Assembly: GCA_965208105.1 (NCBI GenBank)
Contig: OZ242318.1
Location: 768,001 to 832,000, forward strand
DNA: 64,000 bases
Reading direction: 5' to 3'
Source: Candidatus Latescibacterota bacterium
GTDB lineage: Bacteria > Latescibacterota > UBA2968 > UBA8231
In this document: in pieces, positions 10,131 through 19,622 of the stretch
Layout of the letters: each line of letters starts with the position of its first letter
Numbering within the stretch: the first letter of the stretch is position 1
Translations under genes and position numbers: made by a program
Notes under the pieces: generated by a model
The model's database searches: none
What the model was told of the DNA's origin: nothing
Seen by the model: the letters and a program-made list of their open reading frames with translations, nothing else

Positions 10131-10275
10131 CCCGCGGCCCCGGCCACCGCGCCGGACCACCCGCCCACGCTGCGGATGCGGGCGGAGCCAGGAAACCAGG
10201 GACAGGCCGGGCGATAGGAGAAAAATCAGGCCATACCCTCCCTTCCGGAAGTGCATCTCGAACAAGGAGAAAACC

Positions 10276-10905
10276 ATGCCAGCTCTCGCCGCCCTTTTCC
10301 GCTTGACCGCAGTGGGCAGCCGGGCAGTCGTAAGCAAATGGACAACCACTGGCCAACGTCCTCGCCCGCCGAGATCTGCATGGTCGGTAACGATGTTGTT
10401 CGCCGTCTCCCTGTCTTTCGCATCTTCGTGCGGCCGGGACGACCCCGTGCAACCGACGGGCGCCGAGGAAGAGCAACGGATCAAGGCGGAGCTGGAGAAT
10501 CGTTCCTTTCGCCAGTTCGATCCATCCAGGGACGCCAGCCCGAGAAAGGGAGTTGTGCTCGATTTCTTCAGCGGGGTTCAACTGTGGGCACAGTACGCCA
10601 GGGACGGCAGGGCGGTGAACGAGTGGGAAATCGGCGCGGCTGACTATCGGATCGAAAAGGGCAGGAATTTCAAATTCTCGAATCCGGAATACATAATTCA
10701 TTTCGACCAGCCGTCTTCAGCGCAGGAGTTCCCTTCCCGCTGCGACAACTGTATTCCGTCCGAGGGCTTCACCATTTCGGTCAGAAATGTTTTCGACAGC
10801 GAAAAAATAACCTTCAAGCTGAACGACTCCGGCAACAGTCTGCCTCCACCTTTCCCCGTTTTTGGTTCCTGGACCCGATTCAGGGAGGATGAGTATTTCG
10901 AGTGA
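10276..10905 (+). CDS. Hypothetical lipoprotein
   Basis: Hydrophobic stretch ending FASSC; coding-like composition; start uncertain (10276 or 10393). Confidence 0.6.
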   Translation: MPALAALFRLTAVGSRAVVSKWTTTGQRPRPPRSAWSVTMLFAVSLSFASSCGRDDPVQPTGAEEEQRIKAELENRSFRQFDPSRDASPRKGVVLDFFSGVQLWAQYARDGRAVNEWEIGAADYRIEKGRNFKFSNPEYIIHFDQPSSAQEFPSRCDNCIPSEGFTISVRNVFDSEKITFKLNDSGNSLPPPFPVFGSWTRFREDEYFE

Positions 10906-10973
10906 ACTCGGCCAGTTGGATGGACGCGATTCAGTGTTGCCACCAAACCCTGTCAGGATGGAGATCCGGCGCC

Positions 10974-11168
10974 TGCGAATTCGACCAGGCCGCCGAACGC
11001 TGTCCGATTTTCCCGGGGCGCGGCCGGGTGGTCCACCTGGTTTTCGACGACCCGCCGAAGCTTGCCCAGAATGCCCGCGGCAGGGAGGAAACGCTGGCCC
11101 TCTACCGGCGGGTGCGCGACGAGACAGGCGCCTTCATCGAGACCTTGCCGGAGGGATTGGAGGACTGA
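10974..11168 (+). pseudogene. arsC: C-terminal remnant of LMW-PTP-type arsenate reductase
   Basis: DQAAERCPIFPG...HLVFDDP...YRRVRDE; N-terminal CxxxxxRS P-loop absent. Confidence 0.75.
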
Positions 11169-11263
11169 GCCCGGGGACATGTGCTCCTGTTTCGCCTCCC
11201 GCGCGATGATTATCTGCTCTTGAAGAAAGATGGATTCCGCCACTTCGAGGCAAGTCCTCCCTC

Positions 11264-11560
11264 CTATCCCCCATCTTCCAGGAGCGCCGCGGCGATCTCC
11301 TCCCACTCGGCGGCGAGGGGCGCCTTGCTGTGGGGCTTGCCGGCGCGGCGGTACCAGTAGCCGGCGTTGCTTTCGTCCCCCTCCACCCGGTGCAGGTAGG
11401 CATGGACCCAGGCCCCGTCGGGATCGGGGGCCTGCTGGGCGAGTTCATGGGCCCTGTCCCACTGGCCCCGGGCTTCGTACCAGAGAGCGGCCAGGGCATG
11501 GACGGTCCCGGCGGGCGGCTCGTCCCGGGCGGTGCTCTCCCTGAAGGTTGCAAGATTCAT
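11264..11560 (-). CDS. Conserved hypothetical protein
   Basis: WDRAH...AWVHAYLHRVEGDESNAGYWY; RBS AGGAG. Confidence 0.82.
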   Translation of the reverse strand: MNLATFRESTARDEPPAGTVHALAALWYEARGQWDRAHELAQQAPDPDGAWVHAYLHRVEGDESNAGYWYRRAGKPHSKAPLAAEWEEIAAALLEDGG

Positions 11561-11832
11561 GGAACTTTCTCCTGTTTTTCGGCTCCTATATTATGGCCTC
11601 TCCATCCGCGGCCAGGAAAGCCGGCGCTGGCCGAAGTCGTCTCGGATGGAAAACGCCGCCGCGGTCCTTCCAACTCTCCCGGCAGCGGGCAAGGTAATTG
11701 ACGAAAGACTGCCCTGCAACCAGCTTTTGAACCGAACCAACGCCGATTGAATTTTAGCATCCAGGCAGTTTGCACCGAGTCGCAGGCACCCCGTGCCCGG
11801 CCAATTCCCACCTCGATTCCAAGGAGAAACCC

Positions 11833-12270
11833 ATGACAACCCGACCCACTATCTTCCTCTTCTCCCTGTCCCTTCTGCTCAGCGCCACTTCCGCCCGCGC
11901 CGCCGCGGTGGAGGTGGAAGGCCAGGGCGGTCCGGACCTCTACGTGGTCAAGGTTCACGCCGACTGGTGCGGCTCCTGCAAGGCCCTGGCTCCCATCCTC
12001 GACGAAGTGCGCCAGGCCGTAGCCGCCGAGTCCGTTCTCTTCCTCAAGCTGGACGTAACCGACGCCGCCCTCACCGCCCAGTCCCGCCTGCTGGCAGCCG
12101 CCCTCGACATCGAGGAAATCTTCAAGGCCAACAACAAGACCGGGCTGGTCCTGCTGGTCGACCCGGAAGACGATACTCTGCTCGAAGTCCTGACCCGGAA
12201 AAATCCCGCCGCCGATATGACCGCCAGGATCAAGGGTCATCTTGCTGCCATGGCCGATACCGAAGGGTAG
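11833..12270 (+). CDS. Exported thioredoxin-family protein
   Basis: Signal peptide, HADWCGSCK; RBS AAGGAG. Confidence 0.85.
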   Translation: MTTRPTIFLFSLSLLLSATSARAAAVEVEGQGGPDLYVVKVHADWCGSCKALAPILDEVRQAVAAESVLFLKLDVTDAALTAQSRLLAAALDIEEIFKANNKTGLVLLVDPEDDTLLEVLTRKNPAADMTARIKGHLAAMADTEG

Positions 12271-12460
12271 CCGATAGAGGGAGGACGAGGGCCTCGCCCA
12301 GGATGAACCGCCTGCAGGCACCGATGCCGGTGGAGGCCACCCCGGGGCCAGGGGATCGAGGCCTTCGGTGATGGATCGCCTCCCGCAGGCCGGAAGGCGG
12401 TGGCGTGGCGACACAGGGTCTGCGGTCTCGCGGAGGGGGCCCAATCGAATCCGGCGCCCC

Positions 12461-13435
12461 TCACTCCTGCAGGATCAGCCTCCTGCCCTGCGCCGCCGCC
12501 CGCTCGGCGCCTAGGCCGATGCGGATCGATTCCAGGGCCATATCCAGTTCGGCGCTCCAACCATCACCGGCCCCCTGTACTTCATCCAGAAACAGCCTTT
12601 CCAGCGAGAGTTCTCCCTCCTCCGCCGGGGGCAGGGGCACCACCCCCTCCGGCGTGGAGCGCAGCCAGCCGCCGTCCTCGTGCACCAGGGCGCCGCCCTC
12701 CAGCACCAGGCGCTGGTACTGCTCGGCCCGGTGGATGGCGATGCCGCCTGCCCAGGTCCACTCGGCGCTGCCGCCGCCGGCGAATCCCACCACCGCCCGG
12801 TTGACGAAGCGCTCGTAGGTCCCCTGCCGGTCCAGGCCCTCGTAATGGGTGTAGCCCTCGACCCAGGCCGCCGGTCCGAACAGGTCCACCAGGGGATAGA
12901 CGTGGTAGACGAAAAACAAGGCTGGCGGACCCGATACGGGAAGGTTGAACAGAACCTCGGGCCGCGCCCCTCTCCCCGGTGTCAGGCGCGTGAACATGGC
13001 CACCAGAAGACCCCCCATCTCCCTGGCCGTCTCCTTGAGCCGGCGGTGTGCGGGAGCGGCCGCCTCGCCGTGGGCGACGCGCAGCACCTTGCCGCTGGAT
13101 CGCGCCGCCTGCAGCAGGGCCTCGCCTTCTTCGAGGCGGCGCGCCAGTGGGTACTCGAGGAACACGTGCTTGCCCGCCTCCAGCGCGGCGCGGGAGATGG
13201 GACCGTGGCTGTCGTTGCTGGTGCAGACCGCCACCGCGTCCACGTCGGAGCGCTGAATAAGCTCTTCCCAGCTTCCCAGCAGCTCCAGCCCGTGGCGCCC
13301 GGCGAGCTCCTCCCCGGTGCTCCGGTTGCGGGCGGCCAGGACTACGGGGCGGCAGTCCTCCAGGGATGCAAAGGCGGCCGCCCGCTTCGCCGCCATGCCT
13401 CCGGAGCCCACCAGACCCAGGCGAACTGCTTTCAT
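12461..13435 (-). CDS. Gfo/Idh/MocA oxidoreductase
   Basis: LGLVGSGGMA, AGKHVFLEYP. Confidence 0.88.
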   Translation of the reverse strand: MKAVRLGLVGSGGMAAKRAAAFASLEDCRPVVLAARNRSTGEELAGRHGLELLGSWEELIQRSDVDAVAVCTSNDSHGPISRAALEAGKHVFLEYPLARRLEEGEALLQAARSSGKVLRVAHGEAAAPAHRRLKETAREMGGLLVAMFTRLTPGRGARPEVLFNLPVSGPPALFFVYHVYPLVDLFGPAAWVEGYTHYEGLDRQGTYERFVNRAVVGFAGGGSAEWTWAGGIAIHRAEQYQRLVLEGGALVHEDGGWLRSTPEGVVPLPPAEEGELSLERLFLDEVQGAGDGWSAELDMALESIRIGLGAERAAAQGRRLILQE

Positions 13436-13530
13436 CGGCTGATTCCCTCCTGCTATTCTGATCGAGAGTTTTTATGTTTATTCAAGCCAAACACGGCAAC
13501 TTCCCTGTCGAGCGCGAAACGGAGAAGGCG

Positions 13531-15186
13531 ATGAACGCTTCGGACTTATTCGTCAAAGCACTGGAAAATGAAGGTGTGGCCTGCGTATACGGAGTGCCGG
13601 GGGAAGAAAACCTCGTCTTTCTGGAAGCGCTGCGCAAGTCCGGCATCCGGCTCATCCTGACCCGGCACGAACAGGGAGCCGCCTTCATGGCGGCGACCTA
13701 TGGCCGGCTCACCGGCAAGGCGGGTGTGTGCCTGTCCACCCTGGGCCCGGGCGCGACCAACTTCGTCACCGGAGCCGCCTATGCCCAGCTGGGGGGCATG
13801 CCCCTGCTCATGATCACGGGACAGAAGCCGATCAAGAAGAGCAAACAGGGCCAGTTCCAGATCATCGACGTGGTGAGCATGATGGAGCCGCTTACCAAAT
13901 ACACCCGGCAGATCGTCAACGTGGACATGATCCCCTCCCAGGTGCGGGAGGCCTTCCGCCTTGCCCAGGAGGAGCGCCCCGGCGCCGTGCACCTCGAGCT
14001 TCCGGAGGACGTCGCCGAGGAGCCGGTGGACGCACACACCACCCCGGTGTTCGCCATCAGCCGGCGGCGGCGCGGCGACGCCAACGAGCAGGCGATCGAA
14101 GATGCGGTGGCCATGGTCAAGTCCGCGGTCCGTCCGTTGCTCCTTCTGGGGGCGGGGACCAACCGCAAGCGCATCTGGGAATCCGTAGCCTTCTTTCTCG
14201 ACAAAACGGGTATCCCTTTCTTCAACACCCAACTGGGCAAGGGGGTGGTCGGTGGTTACCATCCCCTGTTCCTCGGCACCGCGGCCTTGTCCGAGGGCGA
14301 CTACCTCCACTGCGCCATCGAGCGCTCCGACCTGATCCTCAACGTCGGCCACGACGTGGTGGAAAAACCGCCGTTCTTCATGTCCCACGACGATGAGGCC
14401 ACCCGGGTCATCCACATAAACTTCCAGTCGGCGATGGTCGACAACGTCTATTTCCCCCAGTTGGAGGTGGTCGGCGACATCGCCAACACCCTCCGACGCC
14501 TGGCCGACAAGGCCGGCAGGACCGAGTCCCACGACTTCGCTTACTACATGAGAGTCCGGGACCAGATCCAGGAACACATCCACCTGGGGGAAGACGACGA
14601 CAGCTTTCCGGTCAAACCCCAGCGCCTGGTCTGGGACGTGCGCAAGGTCATGCCCCAGGACGGCATCGTCGCCCTGGACAACGGGGTCTACAAAATCTGG
14701 TTCGCGCGCAACTATCCCACCACCCAGCCCAACACGGTGTTGCTGGACAATGCCCTGGCGACCATGGGCGCCGGGCTGCCCGCGGCCATCGAGGCGGCGC
14801 GGCTCCATCCCCGGCGGCGGGTGATGGCGATTTGCGGCGACGGCGGCTTCATGATGAACAGCCAGGAGCTGGAGACCGCCATTAGGCTGGGCATCAACCT
14901 GGTAATTTTGATACTGAGAGACAACGCATACGGAATGATCCGCTGGAAGCAGTACGCCATGGGACTGGCCGACTTCGGCCTGGAATTCGGCAACCCGGAC
15001 TTCTCCATCTACGCCGAGAGCTACGGCGCCCGCGGTCATCGGGCCGAATCCGCCGATGCCATCGCGCCCTTGCTGGATCAATGTTACGCCGAGGGCGGGG
15101 TCCACCTCGTCGACATACCGGTGGACTATTCGGAGAATCAGAAGGTCCTGGTGGACGAGCTCCAGGCCAAAGTTTGCCTGCTCTGA
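13531..15186 (+). CDS. Acetolactate synthase large subunit-like ThDP enzyme
   Basis: YGVPGEEN, TRHEQGAAFMA, TLGPGATN, GDGGFMMN. Confidence 0.93.
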   Translation: MNASDLFVKALENEGVACVYGVPGEENLVFLEALRKSGIRLILTRHEQGAAFMAATYGRLTGKAGVCLSTLGPGATNFVTGAAYAQLGGMPLLMITGQKPIKKSKQGQFQIIDVVSMMEPLTKYTRQIVNVDMIPSQVREAFRLAQEERPGAVHLELPEDVAEEPVDAHTTPVFAISRRRRGDANEQAIEDAVAMVKSAVRPLLLLGAGTNRKRIWESVAFFLDKTGIPFFNTQLGKGVVGGYHPLFLGTAALSEGDYLHCAIERSDLILNVGHDVVEKPPFFMSHDDEATRVIHINFQSAMVDNVYFPQLEVVGDIANTLRRLADKAGRTESHDFAYYMRVRDQIQEHIHLGEDDDSFPVKPQRLVWDVRKVMPQDGIVALDNGVYKIWFARNYPTTQPNTVLLDNALATMGAGLPAAIEAARLHPRRRVMAICGDGGFMMNSQELETAIRLGINLVILILRDNAYGMIRWKQYAMGLADFGLEFGNPDFSIYAESYGARGHRAESADAIAPLLDQCYAEGGVHLVDIPVDYSENQKVLVDELQAKVCLL

Positions 15187-15297
15187 CCAGGGCCGTGGGG
15201 AAGCCGCGGCTTCGAGCCATTCAGCCCGACCGTCGCGGCTGAACCCAAGCATGGATCAGGCCAGCTCCCGGATGGCCGTTTGCAGATCCTTGCCAGG

Positions 15298-16068
15298 TCA
15301 GATCCCGATCTCGCCTCTCAGGTAGCGCTTCCAGAGCCTCTCGGTGATGTCGACGTAGTCGGCATCAACACCAAAGCGCCCGAAATATTGGCACAGCCGC
15401 TGGATATCCCGGGCGAAAAAGCCGAATGCGTTCCGATTGCAAAGCGTGTCCACCGCTTGCGGGAAGTCGATAATCTTCAAGCTTTCCTTCCAATAAAGAA
15501 CGTTGAAGGCGGACAGATCACCATGGACCAGATTACAGGCCAGAAACAATTCCACGTTGCGGATCAGCCTTTTGAACATCCTCTGTGCTTCATCCCGCTC
15601 CAAGGCCACCTCCTGTAGCAAGGGAGCGGCGCGTTCCTCGTCGCCTATGTAACCCATCAGCATCGCATGCCCTCCGCTGGCCACCGGTTCAGGCACGTCG
15701 GCGCCGATGTCGTGCAGCCGCTGCATAGTTGTGAATTCGTGGCTGATCCAGGCTGCGTCCTCGGTCGCCTTGCCGGTTCTGCTCTTCCTCTTGATTGCCC
15801 TCAGCAGCCGCTTGTCGGTGGTGACTGTGCGGCCAGCCTTATAGGCCGAGTAATTCTTCATCTCCCGATGGCCCCTGTGACGGTAGACCTTGGCGGCCAG
15901 TAGATCGTATCCGACGGCCGGGTTGGCTCGGCAGCAGTATACGTTTGCTTCCTTGCCTCCCTTTGCCCTGTAGAGCACGTCGGTGAACCAGCCATCCGCG
16001 TAAAATTCCTCCATGGCCTGGCGAACCCATGCGCGCTCGAATTTGGTCCCTTCGAAATGAAAATCCAA
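15298..16068 (-). CDS. RIO1-family protein kinase
   Basis: KGGKEANVY, AAKVYR, LVHGDLSAFNVL, IIDFPQAV. Confidence 0.9.
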   Translation of the reverse strand: MDFHFEGTKFERAWVRQAMEEFYADGWFTDVLYRAKGGKEANVYCCRANPAVGYDLLAAKVYRHRGHREMKNYSAYKAGRTVTTDKRLLRAIKRKSRTGKATEDAAWISHEFTTMQRLHDIGADVPEPVASGGHAMLMGYIGDEERAAPLLQEVALERDEAQRMFKRLIRNVELFLACNLVHGDLSAFNVLYWKESLKIIDFPQAVDTLCNRNAFGFFARDIQRLCQYFGRFGVDADYVDITERLWKRYLRGEIGI

Positions 16069-16152
16069 GACGGTCTCCTGTAGCGTAGTACATCAATTTT
16101 ACCCGATGGCGAATGCACTTAAGCGTCACCCAGGGACTCCGTTCAGGGGGAG

Positions 16153-17076
16153 TCATGTGCTCAATTCCTTGAAGTAGGCAAGTGAAGTGTCGGCCGTGGC
16201 ATAACCCTCCGATTCGTAAAGCGATAGGGCAGCAAGATTCTTCACCCGGCAATTAAGAACACTCGTTTTGTAACCTTCAAACCGCATTTCGCGAAGCGCG
16301 CGGCGCAGAAGACAGCGCCCGAATCCCCTTCGACGATAGACTTCCTTCACCCCGAGCCACCGCGTATAGCTACACGACTCCAGGGCGTCGATGCCCGCGT
16401 AGGTGCGTCCGGATTGGGATCGGCAGCTGCCCATGACCTCGCCGTCGACAGTGACTTTAACCCAGATGTTCGGACGGGCGCCGGCACCCTCGGTCTTCTC
16501 TATGACGACATCGGCCTCCGGAGGCAGGTCGGCGAGGGGAACAGATTCCAACGATCGTTCCATCGTCAGGTGCTCATCGTGGGCCCTGTACCCGCTCTCC
16601 CGCAGCAGAGACGAAACGTGGCTAATACGGGTCGAGAGGATACCGACCTTATGGTTGTGAAAGGGGTATCCATGATACAGCGGGAAGGCGTCTATACGGG
16701 GTAGGCCCTCCGCCTGGAAGATCTGCTCCGAATGGCTTAGAAGCACATGACCGACTTCCCTCCGATCCGGTGAGAATGCAAGGAATCGGATGATTCCGCA
16801 CTCGATATCCTCACCGTCGACCTCGACATCACTGCTGGCGCAGAGATGGGCGAATCCAACAGGTCTCCTTGCATCCGACGCGGTGATCAGTCTTTGTGAC
16901 CGCGCGGTGGCACAGGATTCGTCGTCGGACTCCACCGGGATTATTCCGGTCGCGAATTCGTCCGGCCAGACGGCGTAGTAGTACGGCGCGTCTGCCGTCG
17001 ATTCGACCCACAGGGCATGAAGCTCGGCTGCCCGGTCCATGTCCCACTGTTCAATCAATTTTGTCCCCACCGACAT
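16153..17076 (-). CDS. Tandem GNAT acetyltransferase
   Basis: LGVKEVYRRRGFGRCLL, NLAALSLYESEGY; start uncertain. Confidence 0.8.
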   Translation of the reverse strand: MSVGTKLIEQWDMDRAAELHALWVESTADAPYYYAVWPDEFATGIIPVESDDESCATARSQRLITASDARRPVGFAHLCASSDVEVDGEDIECGIIRFLAFSPDRREVGHVLLSHSEQIFQAEGLPRIDAFPLYHGYPFHNHKVGILSTRISHVSSLLRESGYRAHDEHLTMERSLESVPLADLPPEADVVIEKTEGAGARPNIWVKVTVDGEVMGSCRSQSGRTYAGIDALESCSYTRWLGVKEVYRRRGFGRCLLRRALREMRFEGYKTSVLNCRVKNLAALSLYESEGYATADTSLAYFKELST

Positions 17077-17293
17077 GGATCCCGTCGAGCGTGAGCATGG
17101 ACCCATGATGATTGCTTCCCCGGCAAGAACCCAGGTAATACAGCCAGGTGATCAGTCGAGAAAACGGTGTCTGTCTTGCAGTTTGGCATGTTTAATTCCG
17201 TGTCCCAAGGTCGAAGAGGTGATATTCCTGGGGCAGCGGTCGCCGCCGCTGCCCCAGGCCGGTTTCGCAATGCCGCTGCGCGTCAAAGAGCCA

Positions 17294-17386
17294 TTATCTG
17301 AGTAAGCGCAGGAGCGGCATCATAGCGAATACCAAAAGGCTGATGAGTCCGTACATCAGTCCCTGGTTGATGATCTCGCGTCGCAT
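17294..17386 (-). CDS. 30-aa single-TM small protein MRREIINQGLMYGLISLLVFAMMPLLRLLR
   Basis: RBS AAGGAG upstream of ATG; hydrophobic core flanked by Arg. Confidence 0.5.
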   Translation of the reverse strand: MRREIINQGLMYGLISLLVFAMMPLLRLLR

Positions 17387-17489
17387 CGTGTGGTTGCTCC
17401 TTGCGATGAGGTTCCTGGTTGGCTTGGTGAACGTCGCGCAGACCCGTCGCCGCCCGCCCGGGCAGGGCGGCAACGACGAGCATCTTTCA

Positions 17490-17535
17490 CAAAAAAAGAG
17501 GCCGCGGCGCTTTGTTCTTCGCGCCGCGGCCTCTT
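17490..17535 (-). terminator. Rho-independent terminator / possible attenuator
   Basis: Minus strand aagaggccgcggcgc...gcgccgcggcctc followed by a T run. Confidence 0.8.
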
Positions 17536-17565
17536 GCCACGTTGAGTTTCTCGCAACAGCGAGCC

Positions 17566-17718
17566 TCAGTCGGGAGGGATGGATCCCCCTCCTCTCGGCG
17601 CGAATTGGGTCTTTTCGAGCTGCATACCGGCGGCCAGAATGGCGCACCCGCCATAAAGATTTCCCCCTGCAGCCCTGCGCGGCGTCCCGCGCATTTCGAA
17701 GCGATCTACACTTTTCAT
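17566..17718 (-). CDS. 50-aa putative leader peptide ending RGGGSIPPD
   Basis: AGGAGG 6 nt before ATG; stop ~30 nt before the terminator; TTGACA at 17812-17817 upstream. Confidence 0.5.
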   Translation of the reverse strand: MKSVDRFEMRGTPRRAAGGNLYGGCAILAAGMQLEKTQFAPRGGGSIPPD

Positions 17719-17894
17719 TTTCATCCTCCTGAGCGCGCTCTCAAAAGCGTCGTGGAGTCTGTCATTCGCCCTTGTGAATCTGATTTAGAGTTACGAGGAG
17801 GCGTGAAACAATGTCAAGAGAGGGCGAAAAAAAATCACAAAAAAACAAAATGAGGTTACATCAAATTCCTGGGCAGGCTCGGGCAAGATGGCAA

Positions 17895-19235
17895 TTAGAG
17901 AGGGTCCATGCGCATGGGCATGAGCACCGCGCTATGCTTCCCGTCCTCCACGTCGAAGTGAAGCGCCGAGAGACCGTCCTTGAAGCGGATGCGGATTTCA
18001 TCGGCTGCCTCCCCCAGTGCCGACACGATGGTCTTCAGGAAATGGTGGTTGACCCCCACCCGCAAGCTATCCGCGTCGAGACCGGTCAGGCGGATCGGAC
18101 AGCCCACCGCGTAAGCCCACTCAGGCTCTGCTGGACTCAGGTTTGGCGCGGCTTCCTCGATCTGGTAGAATCCCTGATCGCGGCTGGTGCGCAGGGTGAG
18201 TCTCCCCTCCAGAGCGCATAGGCGCAGCTCAACCAGAGGTCTGTATTCCCATCCTTCGTCCTCGACCCGGTGCCTCGGCCCCAGGTACGGCTCGATTGCT
18301 TCCACACATCCCATCAGCTCGGCGCTTCCCACGACGGCGGAGATGGGTCCCGACCGTCCCACCGCCTTCTCGTACTGAACGTAGGGGCCGGGGACTACCG
18401 GAAACGTCACCCTGGCTCCATCCGCCGTCTTCAGGGTGGTTTCCTCCTCTTCGATCACCAGGGTGGCACCCTGCGCCGGCGGTACCTCCCCGCAGTCCAC
18501 CGAGCTCAGTATCACCGGGCTCGCCAGGGAACTCAGGCCCGCGCTCGACCAGTTGAGCAGGCGCATTCCATCGCAGGCTACCATCCTGCCCCCGGCGTCC
18601 AGGCAGACACACTCCAGAATCGGCCGGTTGGGATCATCGCTGCGAAAGCGGGACAGGTGACGCAATCCAACCAGATCGGCGGCGGTGAGCTCGAAAGTTT
18701 GGGAGCAGCTGGACTCGGACATGGCGATTACCTCCTTTTGCAGACGTGACCGGGCCTTCTGCAGGCGGCTGCGGACGGTATCCGTTTTGAGGTCGAGCAG
18801 AACTGCCGTCTGGCGGTAGGAATAGCCCTTCAGGTAGTGGTGTACGATCACCTCTTGCTGCGCCGCGGACAGCCGGCCCAGCGCTGCCCGCATCAGGCTG
18901 CGAAGCTGCCTCTCCTCCGGTACGGGCGCAGGAACCGTGTCGACCCGTTTGAGCAGATCGAGCTGAACGAGACGCCGGCGCTGCCACATGCGGACATGGT
19001 TATCGGCAATGGAACACAGCCAGGCACCGAAGCTCGCGGGATTGCGCAGGGTGGCCAACTGCTGAAACGCGGCCATGAATACTTCCTGCAGCAGATCCTC
19101 CGCCGTCTCCCGCGAACCCAGTTTCGGGGCGATCCGGGCCATCAGCCAACCTGCGTGCTCTTCGACCAGCAGGGCGAAAGCTCCGGCGTCCCCGGCGGTG
19201 GCAGCTCTGACGCGATTTTCCTCATCCACACACAT
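17895..19235 (-). CDS. ECF sigma factor fused to DnaN (beta-clamp) domains II-III
   Basis: sigma2 AEDLLQEVF...FGAWL; sigma4 YSYRQTAVLL...TVRSRLQKAR; clamp motifs RPILECV...MVACDGMRL, GPYVQYEKAV, GVNHHFLK, VLMPMR. Confidence 0.88.
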   Translation of the reverse strand: MCVDEENRVRAATAGDAGAFALLVEEHAGWLMARIAPKLGSRETAEDLLQEVFMAAFQQLATLRNPASFGAWLCSIADNHVRMWQRRRLVQLDLLKRVDTVPAPVPEERQLRSLMRAALGRLSAAQQEVIVHHYLKGYSYRQTAVLLDLKTDTVRSRLQKARSRLQKEVIAMSESSCSQTFELTAADLVGLRHLSRFRSDDPNRPILECVCLDAGGRMVACDGMRLLNWSSAGLSSLASPVILSSVDCGEVPPAQGATLVIEEEETTLKTADGARVTFPVVPGPYVQYEKAVGRSGPISAVVGSAELMGCVEAIEPYLGPRHRVEDEGWEYRPLVELRLCALEGRLTLRTSRDQGFYQIEEAAPNLSPAEPEWAYAVGCPIRLTGLDADSLRVGVNHHFLKTIVSALGEAADEIRIRFKDGLSALHFDVEDGKHSAVLMPMRMDPL

Positions 19236-19497
19236 GATCTACCATATAGTTGCACCGCATCACCGGAAGTATCCCGTGGTGGAAATTCTATTGCGACCTG
19301 AGGATCTTCCGCCTACAGGATGTGGCCTTGCGAGGACGGTTGTCACCGGGCCGCCGAGTTCCCTGAATTCTATTCTGACCAAGCACAGCCTGGTGTGTCG
19401 GCGGTCTTCCGTATTCGGACCCGGTGCCCGAAGATTGCTTCGCTGCCATGCATTTTGTAAAATTGCCCATCCAAAGCAAAATTCAATTGACTTGTTC

Positions 19498-19617
19498 GTA
19501 TACAAGAAAATCGAAGAGGTGACGGCGGCCCAGACCCACCTGGCGGACGTGCTGGCCCGTTTCGACCCCAGGCTCGTCAACATGCCCCCCCCACGGCGAG
19601 CGACCCCGGAGGATTGA
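19498..19617 (+). pseudogene. C-terminal remnant of RtcB-family RNA ligase
   Basis: VYKKIEEVTAAQTHLADVLARFDPRLVNM resembles the RtcB C-terminus; no upstream body. Confidence 0.55.
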
Positions 19618-19622
19618 AGGCC

